From positions 1-64,000 of the IMG/VR virus record IMGVR_UViG_3300034683_000192: a DNA stretch of 64,000 nucleotides. The stretch is one strand, 5' to 3'. Under the pieces are notes generated by a model. The model was not told the DNA's origin and searched no databases. It saw only the letters and a list, made by a program, of their open reading frames with translations. This document shows, in pieces, positions 47,470 through 56,379 of this stretch. Made by a program: the position numbers and the translations under genes. The DNA comes from a virus. Each line of letters begins with the position of its first letter. The stretch's first letter is position 1.

Positions 47470-48567
47470 TTAAAACTTCGGCGCTGTGGACTGATAGTAA
47501 GCCTGCATGATCGACTTCAGATCATACCGTTCATTTTTCGCCTGGGACTTCAGCTGATCGAACTTGTATTCGCCGTGCTTGTCAGAACCGTGAATATAAA
47601 CTTCCACGACCTCGTACGACGCGTCGATGACGGCTACCATCATCGAGAAAGTGCGGGAGAAGTACTTGTTGCGATCTCCCGGCTTCTTGAAATTGCAGCC
47701 GTTCTTATGGCACCACTCGTCGAATTCCCGCTTCTGGTAGATATGCACCGCATTGGCGATGTTCTGCTTTTCAGGATAGAACCCGACGAGCTTCAGCAGG
47801 AAGTTGAACAAGCCATTTCTCTGCTCGTTCATCATGGTATCGAGCATACCAGTCTTGTCGTCCTTACGAGCTCTGTTGCGCTTCTTCAGAAGATCAAGCT
47901 CGAAGAAGAAATCCTGAATGAATCGGATTTCACCGACAGAGGCCTGGAACCAACGCTTGAACATGGACGGCTTAAAGTTGACGGAGAAGAATGCCTCGGC
48001 AACATTGTCAGGAATGAACATCGGCATGAGCTGCACGAATACGTTCACTGACAACTGATTCTTCGGATTTCCGTCGATGTTGAACTTGATTTCGATGATC
48101 TTTCCGCTCGGCAGATTCACCTTGTCAGGAATCTCGATAGCACGAGCTCCGCCTTGTTGTCCCTCGATCTTGTCACCGATGATGACGTTCATCTTGCCAC
48201 CATTCCAGTTCTCCATACCTTTGATAAGGTCAGCGGAATCCTGGAACTGAAGCATTTCTGTGGCGATGATATCGAGAGCCTGTTTCACGGTACGAGATGA
48301 ATCGACCATGGTGTTAAGCTGCATCGCAGTCAAAATCCAGCCGATGTACATGTTTTGCATGGTCAGAAGCAGATCACCAAGGATCTGTTCATCAGCACAT
48401 TCACGCTGGATGTAGACACGGGAGGCCACCATCGAACGCTTTATGTGTTGGGGAAGACTTTTGGAAATCCTGTCCTCACCCGTCCGGATAAGATCGATGA
48501 GGTTCTTGAAGCTAAGATCCCCATTCTTGTCACGGAGATCGATGTCGAATCCGATGAGACTTGCCAT
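47470..48567 (-). CDS. Virion structural protein (phiKZ gp89-like by synteny)
   Basis: Start refined to MASLIG (SD GGAGG; track start 48618); divergent from the tube/baseplate pair, as recalled for phiKZ. Confidence 0.65.
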   Translation of the reverse strand: MASLIGFDIDLRDKNGDLSFKNLIDLIRTGEDRISKSLPQHIKRSMVASRVYIQRECADEQILGDLLLTMQNMYIGWILTAMQLNTMVDSSRTVKQALDIIATEMLQFQDSADLIKGMENWNGGKMNVIIGDKIEGQQGGARAIEIPDKVNLPSGKIIEIKFNIDGNPKNQLSVNVFVQLMPMFIPDNVAEAFFSVNFKPSMFKRWFQASVGEIRFIQDFFFELDLLKKRNRARKDDKTGMLDTMMNEQRNGLFNFLLKLVGFYPEKQNIANAVHIYQKREFDEWCHKNGCNFKKPGDRNKYFSRTFSMMVAVIDASYEVVEVYIHGSDKHGEYKFDQLKSQAKNERYDLKSIMQAYYQSTAPKF

Positions 48568-48661
48568 TTGTGGAGGCCTCCAGAAAAAGAATTTTGCCGA
48601 GAATAGGTGGTCGACCATACTATGATTTTTTACAAATCCTCAGATTTGAGAGGTATTTCCA

Positions 48662-49885
48662 ATGGCCGATTCTACAAAAGCCAATTATGCCGATCAGGAA
48701 GATGCTCTTCGTCGGCAACTTGAAGCTACCATAGAAGCAGAACTCAAACTTTTCTTCGAATCGGTGCTGGAACACTCATATAAGTATTCCGCAGCCGGTT
48801 CCCACTTTGCACAATTTCATAAGGCTCTTGCCCGTATAGATAGATTTGGTAACAGAACAATAACCCAGAATCACGAGTATTCTGGTTTGGTGTTTTTTAC
48901 AAGACCGACTATCAATTTTACAGAAGCAAACTTGAGACAGCACCGAATTCTCAACATGCTGGAGACACTTGATCCCCAGTCGACTCAATTCATGATTCGT
49001 ATGCTGCTCGATAGCGATTTGTCACAAACTCCATATTTTCAAGATCTTGTCGGGAGATCTCCTCTTATCGATGGGAATTCTCCTTTCATTACTCCTCTTT
49101 CAAACTGCTGTGATACACTCGGTGGTGCACCAAACCTTACCATGGAGACGTATACCACTGAAGGTGGTTTGTTCTCTGAAGCACAGTCAATGCCAGTTGG
49201 ATCGGATAGAAGCGCAAAACCTATCGATCTGTCACTAGCATTTACTGATATTCAGGGTGGTATTTGTCATGCCATTTTGATGTACTGGTTTTTGTACATG
49301 GATCTTCTCCAGCGTGGGGAAGTTGTTCAGTACACTAGAGATTTTGAACAACGTCGTATGGGATGGACGTCATCCATTTATCGATTCATGCTCGATCCGA
49401 CGAGACAGTACATTACCAAGTGGTGTAAGTTTACAGGATGCTTTCCTACAAGTATCCCATCTGCATCAGTACTTGACTACAACTCGGCAGAAGGATTTGT
49501 AGAAGCAGCAAAAAAGATTAACGTAACGTTTAAATGCAACCATGTTGGATATCCTCAGGATCCAGTTATCTTGAAGGAGTTCAACATGCTTGTCAAGAAA
49601 TTCTGCGGGAGCATCGATACCTCAGCTTATGTGAGACTTACGACAAATCCAGAACACAACTACGTTGGGTTGCCGTACATCACGACTACACAATACGGCC
49701 CGAGATTGGATTTCTATGCTCCTAAGTACGAACTCGAAGATACTGTGATTCAGGACCTCGAACAAGCTTCTGAGAATATCGCACAAAAGAAGCTTGAATA
49801 CGAAGCACGAATCAAAGCACTTCGTGCACAGTACTCAAATCAGCAGAATCAGACTTCTTCTGACCCTAACATTGTCTACGTTTAA
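48662..49885 (+). CDS. Tail-tube-fold baseplate protein (phiKZ gp88-like)
   Basis: SIYRFMLD...FTGCFPTSIP...DYN...INVTFKC is typical of T4 gp19/gp54-type folds. Confidence 0.6.
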   Translation: MADSTKANYADQEDALRRQLEATIEAELKLFFESVLEHSYKYSAAGSHFAQFHKALARIDRFGNRTITQNHEYSGLVFFTRPTINFTEANLRQHRILNMLETLDPQSTQFMIRMLLDSDLSQTPYFQDLVGRSPLIDGNSPFITPLSNCCDTLGGAPNLTMETYTTEGGLFSEAQSMPVGSDRSAKPIDLSLAFTDIQGGICHAILMYWFLYMDLLQRGEVVQYTRDFEQRRMGWTSSIYRFMLDPTRQYITKWCKFTGCFPTSIPSASVLDYNSAEGFVEAAKKINVTFKCNHVGYPQDPVILKEFNMLVKKFCGSIDTSAYVRLTTNPEHNYVGLPYITTTQYGPRLDFYAPKYELEDTVIQDLEQASENIAQKKLEYEARIKALRAQYSNQQNQTSSDPNIVYV

Positions 49886-49896
49886 GGAGACGATAC

Positions 49897-52779
49897 ATGT
49901 CATTGGCTGACACGAACACTCCTCTCAATATTCTCAAGAATCCGATCAATGTACAGAAACTCGTTGTTGACGACGTTCTCGATCGGTGGCAAGGTAAGCT
50001 TACCATGGTTGATCCAAACAACGTGGCAATGCACCTTATCGAAATGGCATCTACTCTTACTGCAAATTTCTCTGCTTCCGCAGAACGAGCACTTGCTGCT
50101 GGGAATAGCCTTCGAGCTCAGACGTCGGAAGATCTGGCAAAGCACATGTCAGACTACGATTACGTGGGAATGTATTCCACCCCATCGACGACGCAACTTC
50201 TTCTTACTCTCTCGAAGAATCATCTCATCACTTACGGTAAAGATTTCAATGACGTCTACAAAAAGATCGTTATCCCTAAGGACACGATCTTTGTTGTGGG
50301 TGATACGGCATTTGGAATCTACTATCCAATCGAGATAAGAATCAATAAGTCCACAGGTGCTGTTCTTGTGGTTCACGATACAGAAGAAACCAATCCTCTT
50401 CTGGAGCTCAATCAGAACATCGTGAACTTCACCGAACAGACTTTTCTCAATACGAAATTTCTTGGTATCAAGATTCCTGTCTATCAGTTCGTCCGTCAGG
50501 TACTGACTGAAGATACGATCCCTGGCCGAGGATTTGCAAAACAGTATTCTTACATTGACAAGTTCTACGCAGTCAGAATTTTTACGATTCTTAATGACAA
50601 GAAAGTAGAACTGTCACAGTCATTTGCGGTCGATACCTATGACCCAACCAAACCGACAGCGAGACTCATGGTTTATCCTGAGCAGAATAAGTTTACAGTC
50701 AACATTCCTCAAGTCTATTTCTCCAATGGACAAATAGGAAGTAAAATCATTATCGAGCTCTTCGTCACGAAAGGAGAGATCGATATGGATATCAGTACAA
50801 TCCCTCCTGAAAGTATCCGCTGTCAGTTCAATACATCGGTCGTAAATGACCCGTATTCAAAGGTACTGGACACTCACCCAGATGCTACCCTCGCTGTGGC
50901 TACGAGTCGTATCTCTGGTGGTTCTGATGGACTTACATTTGAAGAGAGACGGCAGCGGGTAGTCAATAGCGCATTCTACGCTACATCTCTTACTACCCCC
51001 ATGGATCTTCAGGCATTCTTTGAAGATTCAGGATTCCGTGCAGTTAAGTACAAGGATGATCTCACCAATCTTATCTACTTCGTATATCGTGCGCTTGAAG
51101 ACGATACGAATACGATTGTTCCTGCTACCACAGGACAGATCAAGTTGGTGGAATCTACTCCAACTACTGTATCCAGCATTAAGAAATATCTCGATGGATT
51201 GATCACGATCCTTCCGACCACGCTCTATCGATATTCGTCCAGCGATCAAGCATGTGCTCCTGTGACTGATACCGATATGACTCTTCTTGCACAAATGACC
51301 AAAAAAGAATTGGTCAGTGAATTCAACTCGACGGAGTACATGAGATCGCCATTTCACATTCGTCTCATTCAAGACGGACGATACTCGAAAGCGAGTTCGT
51401 ATAACTTGATGAATCCGTATGTGGAAGATATCGTATTTGAAAAAGAAAACTCGAATATTCTCGCGCAGATGGTTACTGGTGCTGCCACCATTCATCATCA
51501 GAATAATGGTTCTGGTGGGTATCGTGTACAGTTTCTGGTAAACAAATCGCAGGACCTTCTTCAAATTCCTGAAGATCAATTGTACGTGTACCTCTATACT
51601 GAATCCTCGGATGGAATGCTCGTTGGACTCAGACTCAACTATATCGGAATGCTTGGTGAGGCATACCTCTACGATGGAGTGATCGAAACAGATTACTACA
51701 TCTCAAGAGATCACCTGATCAATGCAACATCCCTTACTGACGGTGTAACTGAATGGGAACATCTCATCAGTCTTAAGGGTAAGTTCCATCTGGTATTCAT
51801 GGTCAACAAAGACTATTTCTCTGGAGTGTATACGGAACCATCCATGTATACTGGTGTTCCGCAGAAACTCCAGTCGAAGTATGCTGTCATGATTCGTCAG
51901 TCGTGTACGATCGAACTTGGTCACGCACTTGACGATGTAGTCTATAACGACACAGAACTTTCGTGGACTGGTAAAGACTATGCCAGATGGTTGGAGAATG
52001 TCTACATGACGTATCCGACTGATGTGTATCAGACAGACGAGAATGGAATTCCTGTTCTTGTTCCTGATGCAGAAGGTGTACCTCAACTGGTCAAACTGCA
52101 CGATGCTGGAGATGTCATTTACGATGACTATAACCAGCCAAGAATTCTCTACGCTGAAGGATCCGTCAGATACGATCAGGAAGGAAAACCTATCATCATC
52201 TCGGATCGAGTAAAGCAGTACTACATCAATGCACTCATGGTTGATGCAAGGCTGTATCTTAGTGAACATCCCACACAAAAGACGTACCGAGAAAAGCTGA
52301 CCAAAGTACTTGAGTCTTACTTTACTACGGTACGAACTGCAATCGATAAACTTCTCGAACGTGACTTCATGTATTTCCGACCACTCAGGACGATGGGTAA
52401 TGCCAAGTTCTATATCGGTGATGGCGCTGTGATTAACATGGCGCTCAACATGAAGTTCAAGTTCAAGTGTCACGTAGCTGGATCTATTGTTGCAGATACA
52501 GCAATGCAACAAGTGATCAAAGAAGCGATCATTGCTATCGTTGAACCTCTCATCAAGGTATCGCCGATATCTTTGACCGACATTGCAAATCAGGTTAAAG
52601 CAAAAATCGATTCGATCGAATCGATAGATGTTCTCGGGATCAACGATACCGTGGATCTTCAGACCATCTCGATCGATGACAATAGCGTACAGCCGTCGAT
52701 TTCGCAGGAACTCTATCTGACTGAGTCAGGTACTCTTGCGGTACAAAAGGCTGTCGATATTGAGTTCGTTTCGATTTAG
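49897..52779 (+). CDS. Baseplate wedge protein (T4 gp6-like, phiKZ gp87-like)
   Basis: DPNNVAMHLIEM...LRAQT and GGSDGLTFEERRQRV wedge motifs; 960 aa. Confidence 0.7.
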   Translation: MSLADTNTPLNILKNPINVQKLVVDDVLDRWQGKLTMVDPNNVAMHLIEMASTLTANFSASAERALAAGNSLRAQTSEDLAKHMSDYDYVGMYSTPSTTQLLLTLSKNHLITYGKDFNDVYKKIVIPKDTIFVVGDTAFGIYYPIEIRINKSTGAVLVVHDTEETNPLLELNQNIVNFTEQTFLNTKFLGIKIPVYQFVRQVLTEDTIPGRGFAKQYSYIDKFYAVRIFTILNDKKVELSQSFAVDTYDPTKPTARLMVYPEQNKFTVNIPQVYFSNGQIGSKIIIELFVTKGEIDMDISTIPPESIRCQFNTSVVNDPYSKVLDTHPDATLAVATSRISGGSDGLTFEERRQRVVNSAFYATSLTTPMDLQAFFEDSGFRAVKYKDDLTNLIYFVYRALEDDTNTIVPATTGQIKLVESTPTTVSSIKKYLDGLITILPTTLYRYSSSDQACAPVTDTDMTLLAQMTKKELVSEFNSTEYMRSPFHIRLIQDGRYSKASSYNLMNPYVEDIVFEKENSNILAQMVTGAATIHHQNNGSGGYRVQFLVNKSQDLLQIPEDQLYVYLYTESSDGMLVGLRLNYIGMLGEAYLYDGVIETDYYISRDHLINATSLTDGVTEWEHLISLKGKFHLVFMVNKDYFSGVYTEPSMYTGVPQKLQSKYAVMIRQSCTIELGHALDDVVYNDTELSWTGKDYARWLENVYMTYPTDVYQTDENGIPVLVPDAEGVPQLVKLHDAGDVIYDDYNQPRILYAEGSVRYDQEGKPIIISDRVKQYYINALMVDARLYLSEHPTQKTYREKLTKVLESYFTTVRTAIDKLLERDFMYFRPLRTMGNAKFYIGDGAVINMALNMKFKFKCHVAGSIVADTAMQQVIKEAIIAIVEPLIKVSPISLTDIANQVKAKIDSIESIDVLGINDTVDLQTISIDDNSVQPSISQELYLTESGTLAVQKAVDIEFVSI

Positions 52780-52807
52780 ACAAAAAGAAATCGTACAGTG
52801 AAGATAG

Positions 52808-52839
52808 CTGGATGGGCCCCTTTGCGGGGGCCCATCCAG
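52808..52839. terminator. Stem-loop between convergent genes
   Basis: CTGGATGGGCCCC-tttgcg-GGGGCCCATCCAG. Confidence 0.7.
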
Positions 52840-53139
52840 TCAATTGTATCCTATATCCCTTGGGTGGATAGTCAGACACAATTCGATCTTGAGATCGAAA
52901 ATCCGATCAAGGATCTTCTTATCTTCAGTGAGAGTTGTCGTAATCCCATTTGCCTCGAGCATCAGAATTTCCCGTTCATCGGGATTATCTGGATTGATCT
53001 TGGCAATGGATACACAAGGATCATCTCCTTTGAAGAAGATGAGTCTACCTTCGAGGACGATGTCGTCCTCGATTTGGTGTAGATGACATTCTGCGAAGAC
53101 GCCATCAAAGAATCGTTCTTTTCTGATGTAAGTCGTCAT
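52840..53139 (-). CDS. Hypothetical protein
   Basis: 99 aa; ATGA-type overlap with the upstream gene; SD GAGGT. Confidence 0.65.
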   Translation of the reverse strand: MTTYIRKERFFDGVFAECHLHQIEDDIVLEGRLIFFKGDDPCVSIAKINPDNPDEREILMLEANGITTTLTEDKKILDRIFDLKIELCLTIHPRDIGYN

Positions 53140-53486
53140 ACATGTACCTCGTCACACGCATGGGATTCCTCCCGATGCGTGGTAGTAATGATGTTCTTGA
53201 AGTACAGGATCAGCTTCTTTGTCTTTGTATGAAAGTGTTCGATCCTGTCGATCAGGTCGACGTCCTTCGTATAGAAGGACATTCGCTCGTTGTACTGCGA
53301 CTTCTCAGCTACAACACGTCGAGCGATTGCTGACATTAACTCAGTGTACGTAACGTTGCACTGAACACTTTGATCATTCCCGTAAGGGAACACGATACGG
53401 CACTCGAGTACCGTATCATCCACTGCAGACATCTGTCGAACGACCACCTCGTAGAGGTCATTCTTGATGAATTCGTATTTGAACAT
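53136..53486 (-). CDS. Hypothetical protein
   Basis: 116 aa, SD AGGAGG; variant motif TACATTAC at 53527-53534. Confidence 0.7.
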   Translation of the reverse strand: MFKYEFIKNDLYEVVVRQMSAVDDTVLECRIVFPYGNDQSVQCNVTYTELMSAIARRVVAEKSQYNERMSFYTKDVDLIDRIEHFHTKTKKLILYFKNIITTTHREESHACDEVHV

Positions 53487-53562
53487 TTCGATGACCTCCT
53501 TTCAATTGGTCGTTATGTTCAAATACGTAATGTATACTCCATTTAGAACGAATAACATAAAT

Positions 53563-53592
53563 CTAGATGGGTACCCGAAGGTACCCATCTAG
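53563..53592 (-). terminator. C(UUCG)G stem-loop terminator
   Basis: Minus strand CTAGATGGGTACC-TTCG-GGTACCCATCTAG. Confidence 0.75.
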
Positions 53593-53603
53593 TGTGTGGT
53601 AAC

Positions 53604-55166
53604 TTATTTGCAGCGAACGAGAAACACCTGCGAGAGGTAGTTCGAGAGAAGGTCGGACATGACCGTAGCGTGTACGGTATTGAAGACATTCTCACCTGCA
53701 GCTTCGGTCGAAGACAACTTGGAAATCACTTCTGCTCCCATACGGTAGTAGATAGTGGATACCAAGGAATTCTTCCAGAAGGTGCCCAGATAGAACGAGT
53801 AGATCGCATCTTCCACGTTGCTTTGATCGTTCCTTGCAAGGGACTCCACAGCACGTTTGATTTGATCCACTGCGTGTCTCTGGAACACAGTACGATCCAT
53901 CTGATCAGGAATCGATTCCGGAGTTTCCAGAGTTTCTTTCACGAAGTTCTTCAGAACAGATTCGGCTGCTTCACGTGTACATCTCTGTTTGGTGGCAAGC
54001 AGTTGCGTATTGACTTCAGTCATCAGCGTACTGATCTGTTCACGATCCGAAGGAATCGAAATCAGAACTTCCTTGGTAGGAATACCGACAGGACTGATGT
54101 CACCACGTCCGACTCGATGATACAGGATGTCTTGTTCATTCTTGTTGTGATGCAGCCGGATGTAGTTGGTGATATCTGCAAGTGTACCACCCTTCTCTTC
54201 GAATGCTGCGAACTGATCGGCATTGATCATGCTGCATCCGATAATCAGAGAGAGCTTGTGCTTTTCTCTTGCAAGCTCGATGATACATGCAGCCATCAGG
54301 TATGCATCTTCAAGCTTCGTGAGATTGCGATCAATGACTTCTTGTGCATTGTCCATGACATTGAACGAGAAGTTGGCGACGCACTTCTTGAACTTCGGGT
54401 ATGCATCAATATAACCGAGAGCTGCCATGATGGTAGCTTCGTCGACTTTACCTGAACGAATCCCGTTGTTGAACATGTCCCTGGTAAGCATGTGATATGC
54501 TTGAGGATGCAGAAGTGCGGTGATGAACTTTTGTGCATCGGAAAATTCTGGTTGAACTTTCGTGCACTGCTCCTTGAGTTCATCGATGAGTCTGGTGATC
54601 GACTCTTCAGAGATTTCCGGTTCTTCGGTGGTCAGTACTTTGTCCACCAGAAAACGGAAATTGCCGAGATTCACCTGATCGATATTCAGGTTATATTTCT
54701 TCGAGAAAGAACCCAGGTGTTCTCCAAGTTCTTTTGCCATGGGAAGTGCCTTCAGCATCACGTATGAGGGCTGAACCGGCTTCATCTCCCCTTCGAGATT
54801 GTAGAATCCGACGATCTTCGACATCATCGAATCCACGGTAGCGATGACATTTTCGGTGAGAGTGGACACAGTGTCAGCGACAGGGCCACTCAACTTCTCG
54901 AATGCTGTCTGGAATGTATCTGCCATGGCAAGGCCATAATCCTTCAGACGCGAAAGATCGGCTTCACCTTCTGGGGTATTGTTGAAATAGTTTTCAAGTG
55001 CGTCGATGACGAGGTTGTTGAGATCTTCCTCTCCAATGTTCGGAGGAATCGAGAGAGTCAGACGTTCTTCAATACGTCTGGCGATGATGCCCAGATCAGT
55101 GTCCGGACGAAATCTGACGTCTTTGTTGAGCCACGCGTGGGCCTTAAGTTCTTCGAGTGAGTACAT
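53604..55166 (-). CDS. Virion structural protein (phiKZ gp86-like by synteny)
   Basis: 520-aa helical protein with N-terminal SLE motif. Confidence 0.65.
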   Translation of the reverse strand: MYSLEELKAHAWLNKDVRFRPDTDLGIIARRIEERLTLSIPPNIGEEDLNNLVIDALENYFNNTPEGEADLSRLKDYGLAMADTFQTAFEKLSGPVADTVSTLTENVIATVDSMMSKIVGFYNLEGEMKPVQPSYVMLKALPMAKELGEHLGSFSKKYNLNIDQVNLGNFRFLVDKVLTTEEPEISEESITRLIDELKEQCTKVQPEFSDAQKFITALLHPQAYHMLTRDMFNNGIRSGKVDEATIMAALGYIDAYPKFKKCVANFSFNVMDNAQEVIDRNLTKLEDAYLMAACIIELAREKHKLSLIIGCSMINADQFAAFEEKGGTLADITNYIRLHHNKNEQDILYHRVGRGDISPVGIPTKEVLISIPSDREQISTLMTEVNTQLLATKQRCTREAAESVLKNFVKETLETPESIPDQMDRTVFQRHAVDQIKRAVESLARNDQSNVEDAIYSFYLGTFWKNSLVSTIYYRMGAEVISKLSSTEAAGENVFNTVHATVMSDLLSNYLSQVFLVRCK

Positions 55167-55173
55167 AGTTCAT

Positions 55174-55347
55174 CTACTCCACGCCAGTGGCATTGCGGTT
55201 GATATCCTCACCAATGATGTTGGTGAGTGTCGCAGGATCGACCTGTCGGTTGGTGGCGGGAGATTCGATGGCAGTCTTCATCACAACGTAAACAAGAGCG
55301 TTGGTGATGATCCCGCCTGCAGTCTGAACGACTTTCTGCTGGGACAT
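55174..55347 (-). CDS. Small (57 aa) protein not in the ORF track, likely virion
   Basis: SD GAGAGG then MSQQKVVQTAGGIITNALVYVVMKTAIESPATNRQVDPATLTNIIGEDINRNATGVE*; stops 7 nt before the next ATG; C-ending codons. Confidence 0.7.
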   Translation of the reverse strand: MSQQKVVQTAGGIITNALVYVVMKTAIESPATNRQVDPATLTNIIGEDINRNATGVE

Positions 55348-55464
55348 GATTTACCTCTCTAATGTGTTGGAGATTCACAACCTCTATAGCATCACGACAT
55401 AATGTATGTAGGTGTTGTAACAATCCTATGTGTCTGTTTATTTTACCGGCAAAAGGAGAACCCC

Positions 55465-56358
55465 ATGGTTGGCTTCAGTGTGAAACTTCTTCAGACAGAC
55501 GGAAGCGAAGATTTCGCTAATCTGTATGAAGAACTGAAGTACGATCTCCAAATAACTTCTGCAGGGACGGAAGGGTTCGGAGATGACGTACTTACGGTAG
55601 CTTCCGCCAGTCTGTCCTACATTTCTGAGAAACTCGGAAAGTTGTCAGTCAAACTGGTACACTCTCTTCGGAATTCCATGGAACTCATTGTTCTGAGGTA
55701 TTCCTCCATCGTGTTTCGGTGGCAAAAAAGAATCAGCGCAAATCTTTCCAAGATCAACAACGATCGTTTCAGTGAAAGAAAGGCATCGATTGTTGACAAA
55801 GAGCAACTCCTTCTTCGTATCTCTGCTGTACAAAAACTTCACCACGTTCTCGATAACGTCGAACTTGTGTGTGAAGCACCAGTGAAATCCAATTCGGTCG
55901 ATTGGCGTACACCAGAATTCATGCAGGCGTATGACGCCATGATGAAGATTGGTTTCGATGCCAACCGATTCGATCTCGTGAAGAAAGCTTCCGCCGTCTA
56001 CGATGAAGCTCGTACTAAAGGTACCCTTGATGCACATGGGTATACTGTATCGGATATCGAGGAACTCATCGAACTGATCAAACCTCTTGCGCATTATGCT
56101 CAATCAAATCAGGCAAAAGCGCTTGCAAAGAGATTTGTCGATTACTCTGACAAGCTCGTGAAGTATGAAACGTCTCTTCGTGAACAAACTGATCTCGATG
56201 ACTTTGAGCGGCAAGAGAGACTCAGTGTACTGAACATTCGGATAGCCAGACTTTGGTGGCTGTCACACTTCATCAAAGCCGCTAACGTTCTGGCAACGGA
56301 TGTCGTTAAAGATGTCCTCACTATCTGCAAGATCGCAGAACAGTGCATCGAAGCTTAA
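55465..56358 (+). CDS. Inner-head protein paralog
   Basis: SD AAGGAG; AGTEGFG and GTLDAHGYTVSDI. Confidence 0.65.
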   Translation: MVGFSVKLLQTDGSEDFANLYEELKYDLQITSAGTEGFGDDVLTVASASLSYISEKLGKLSVKLVHSLRNSMELIVLRYSSIVFRWQKRISANLSKINNDRFSERKASIVDKEQLLLRISAVQKLHHVLDNVELVCEAPVKSNSVDWRTPEFMQAYDAMMKIGFDANRFDLVKKASAVYDEARTKGTLDAHGYTVSDIEELIELIKPLAHYAQSNQAKALAKRFVDYSDKLVKYETSLREQTDLDDFERQERLSVLNIRIARLWWLSHFIKAANVLATDVVKDVLTICKIAEQCIEA

Positions 56359-56379
56359 CTTCACGAAGAGGAAATACAA

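Noticed and set aside
5090-55430. TATG late-promoter motif upstream of several structural genes
   Set aside because: It matches the phiKZ late consensus, but a 4-mer is too frequent to support without TSS data.
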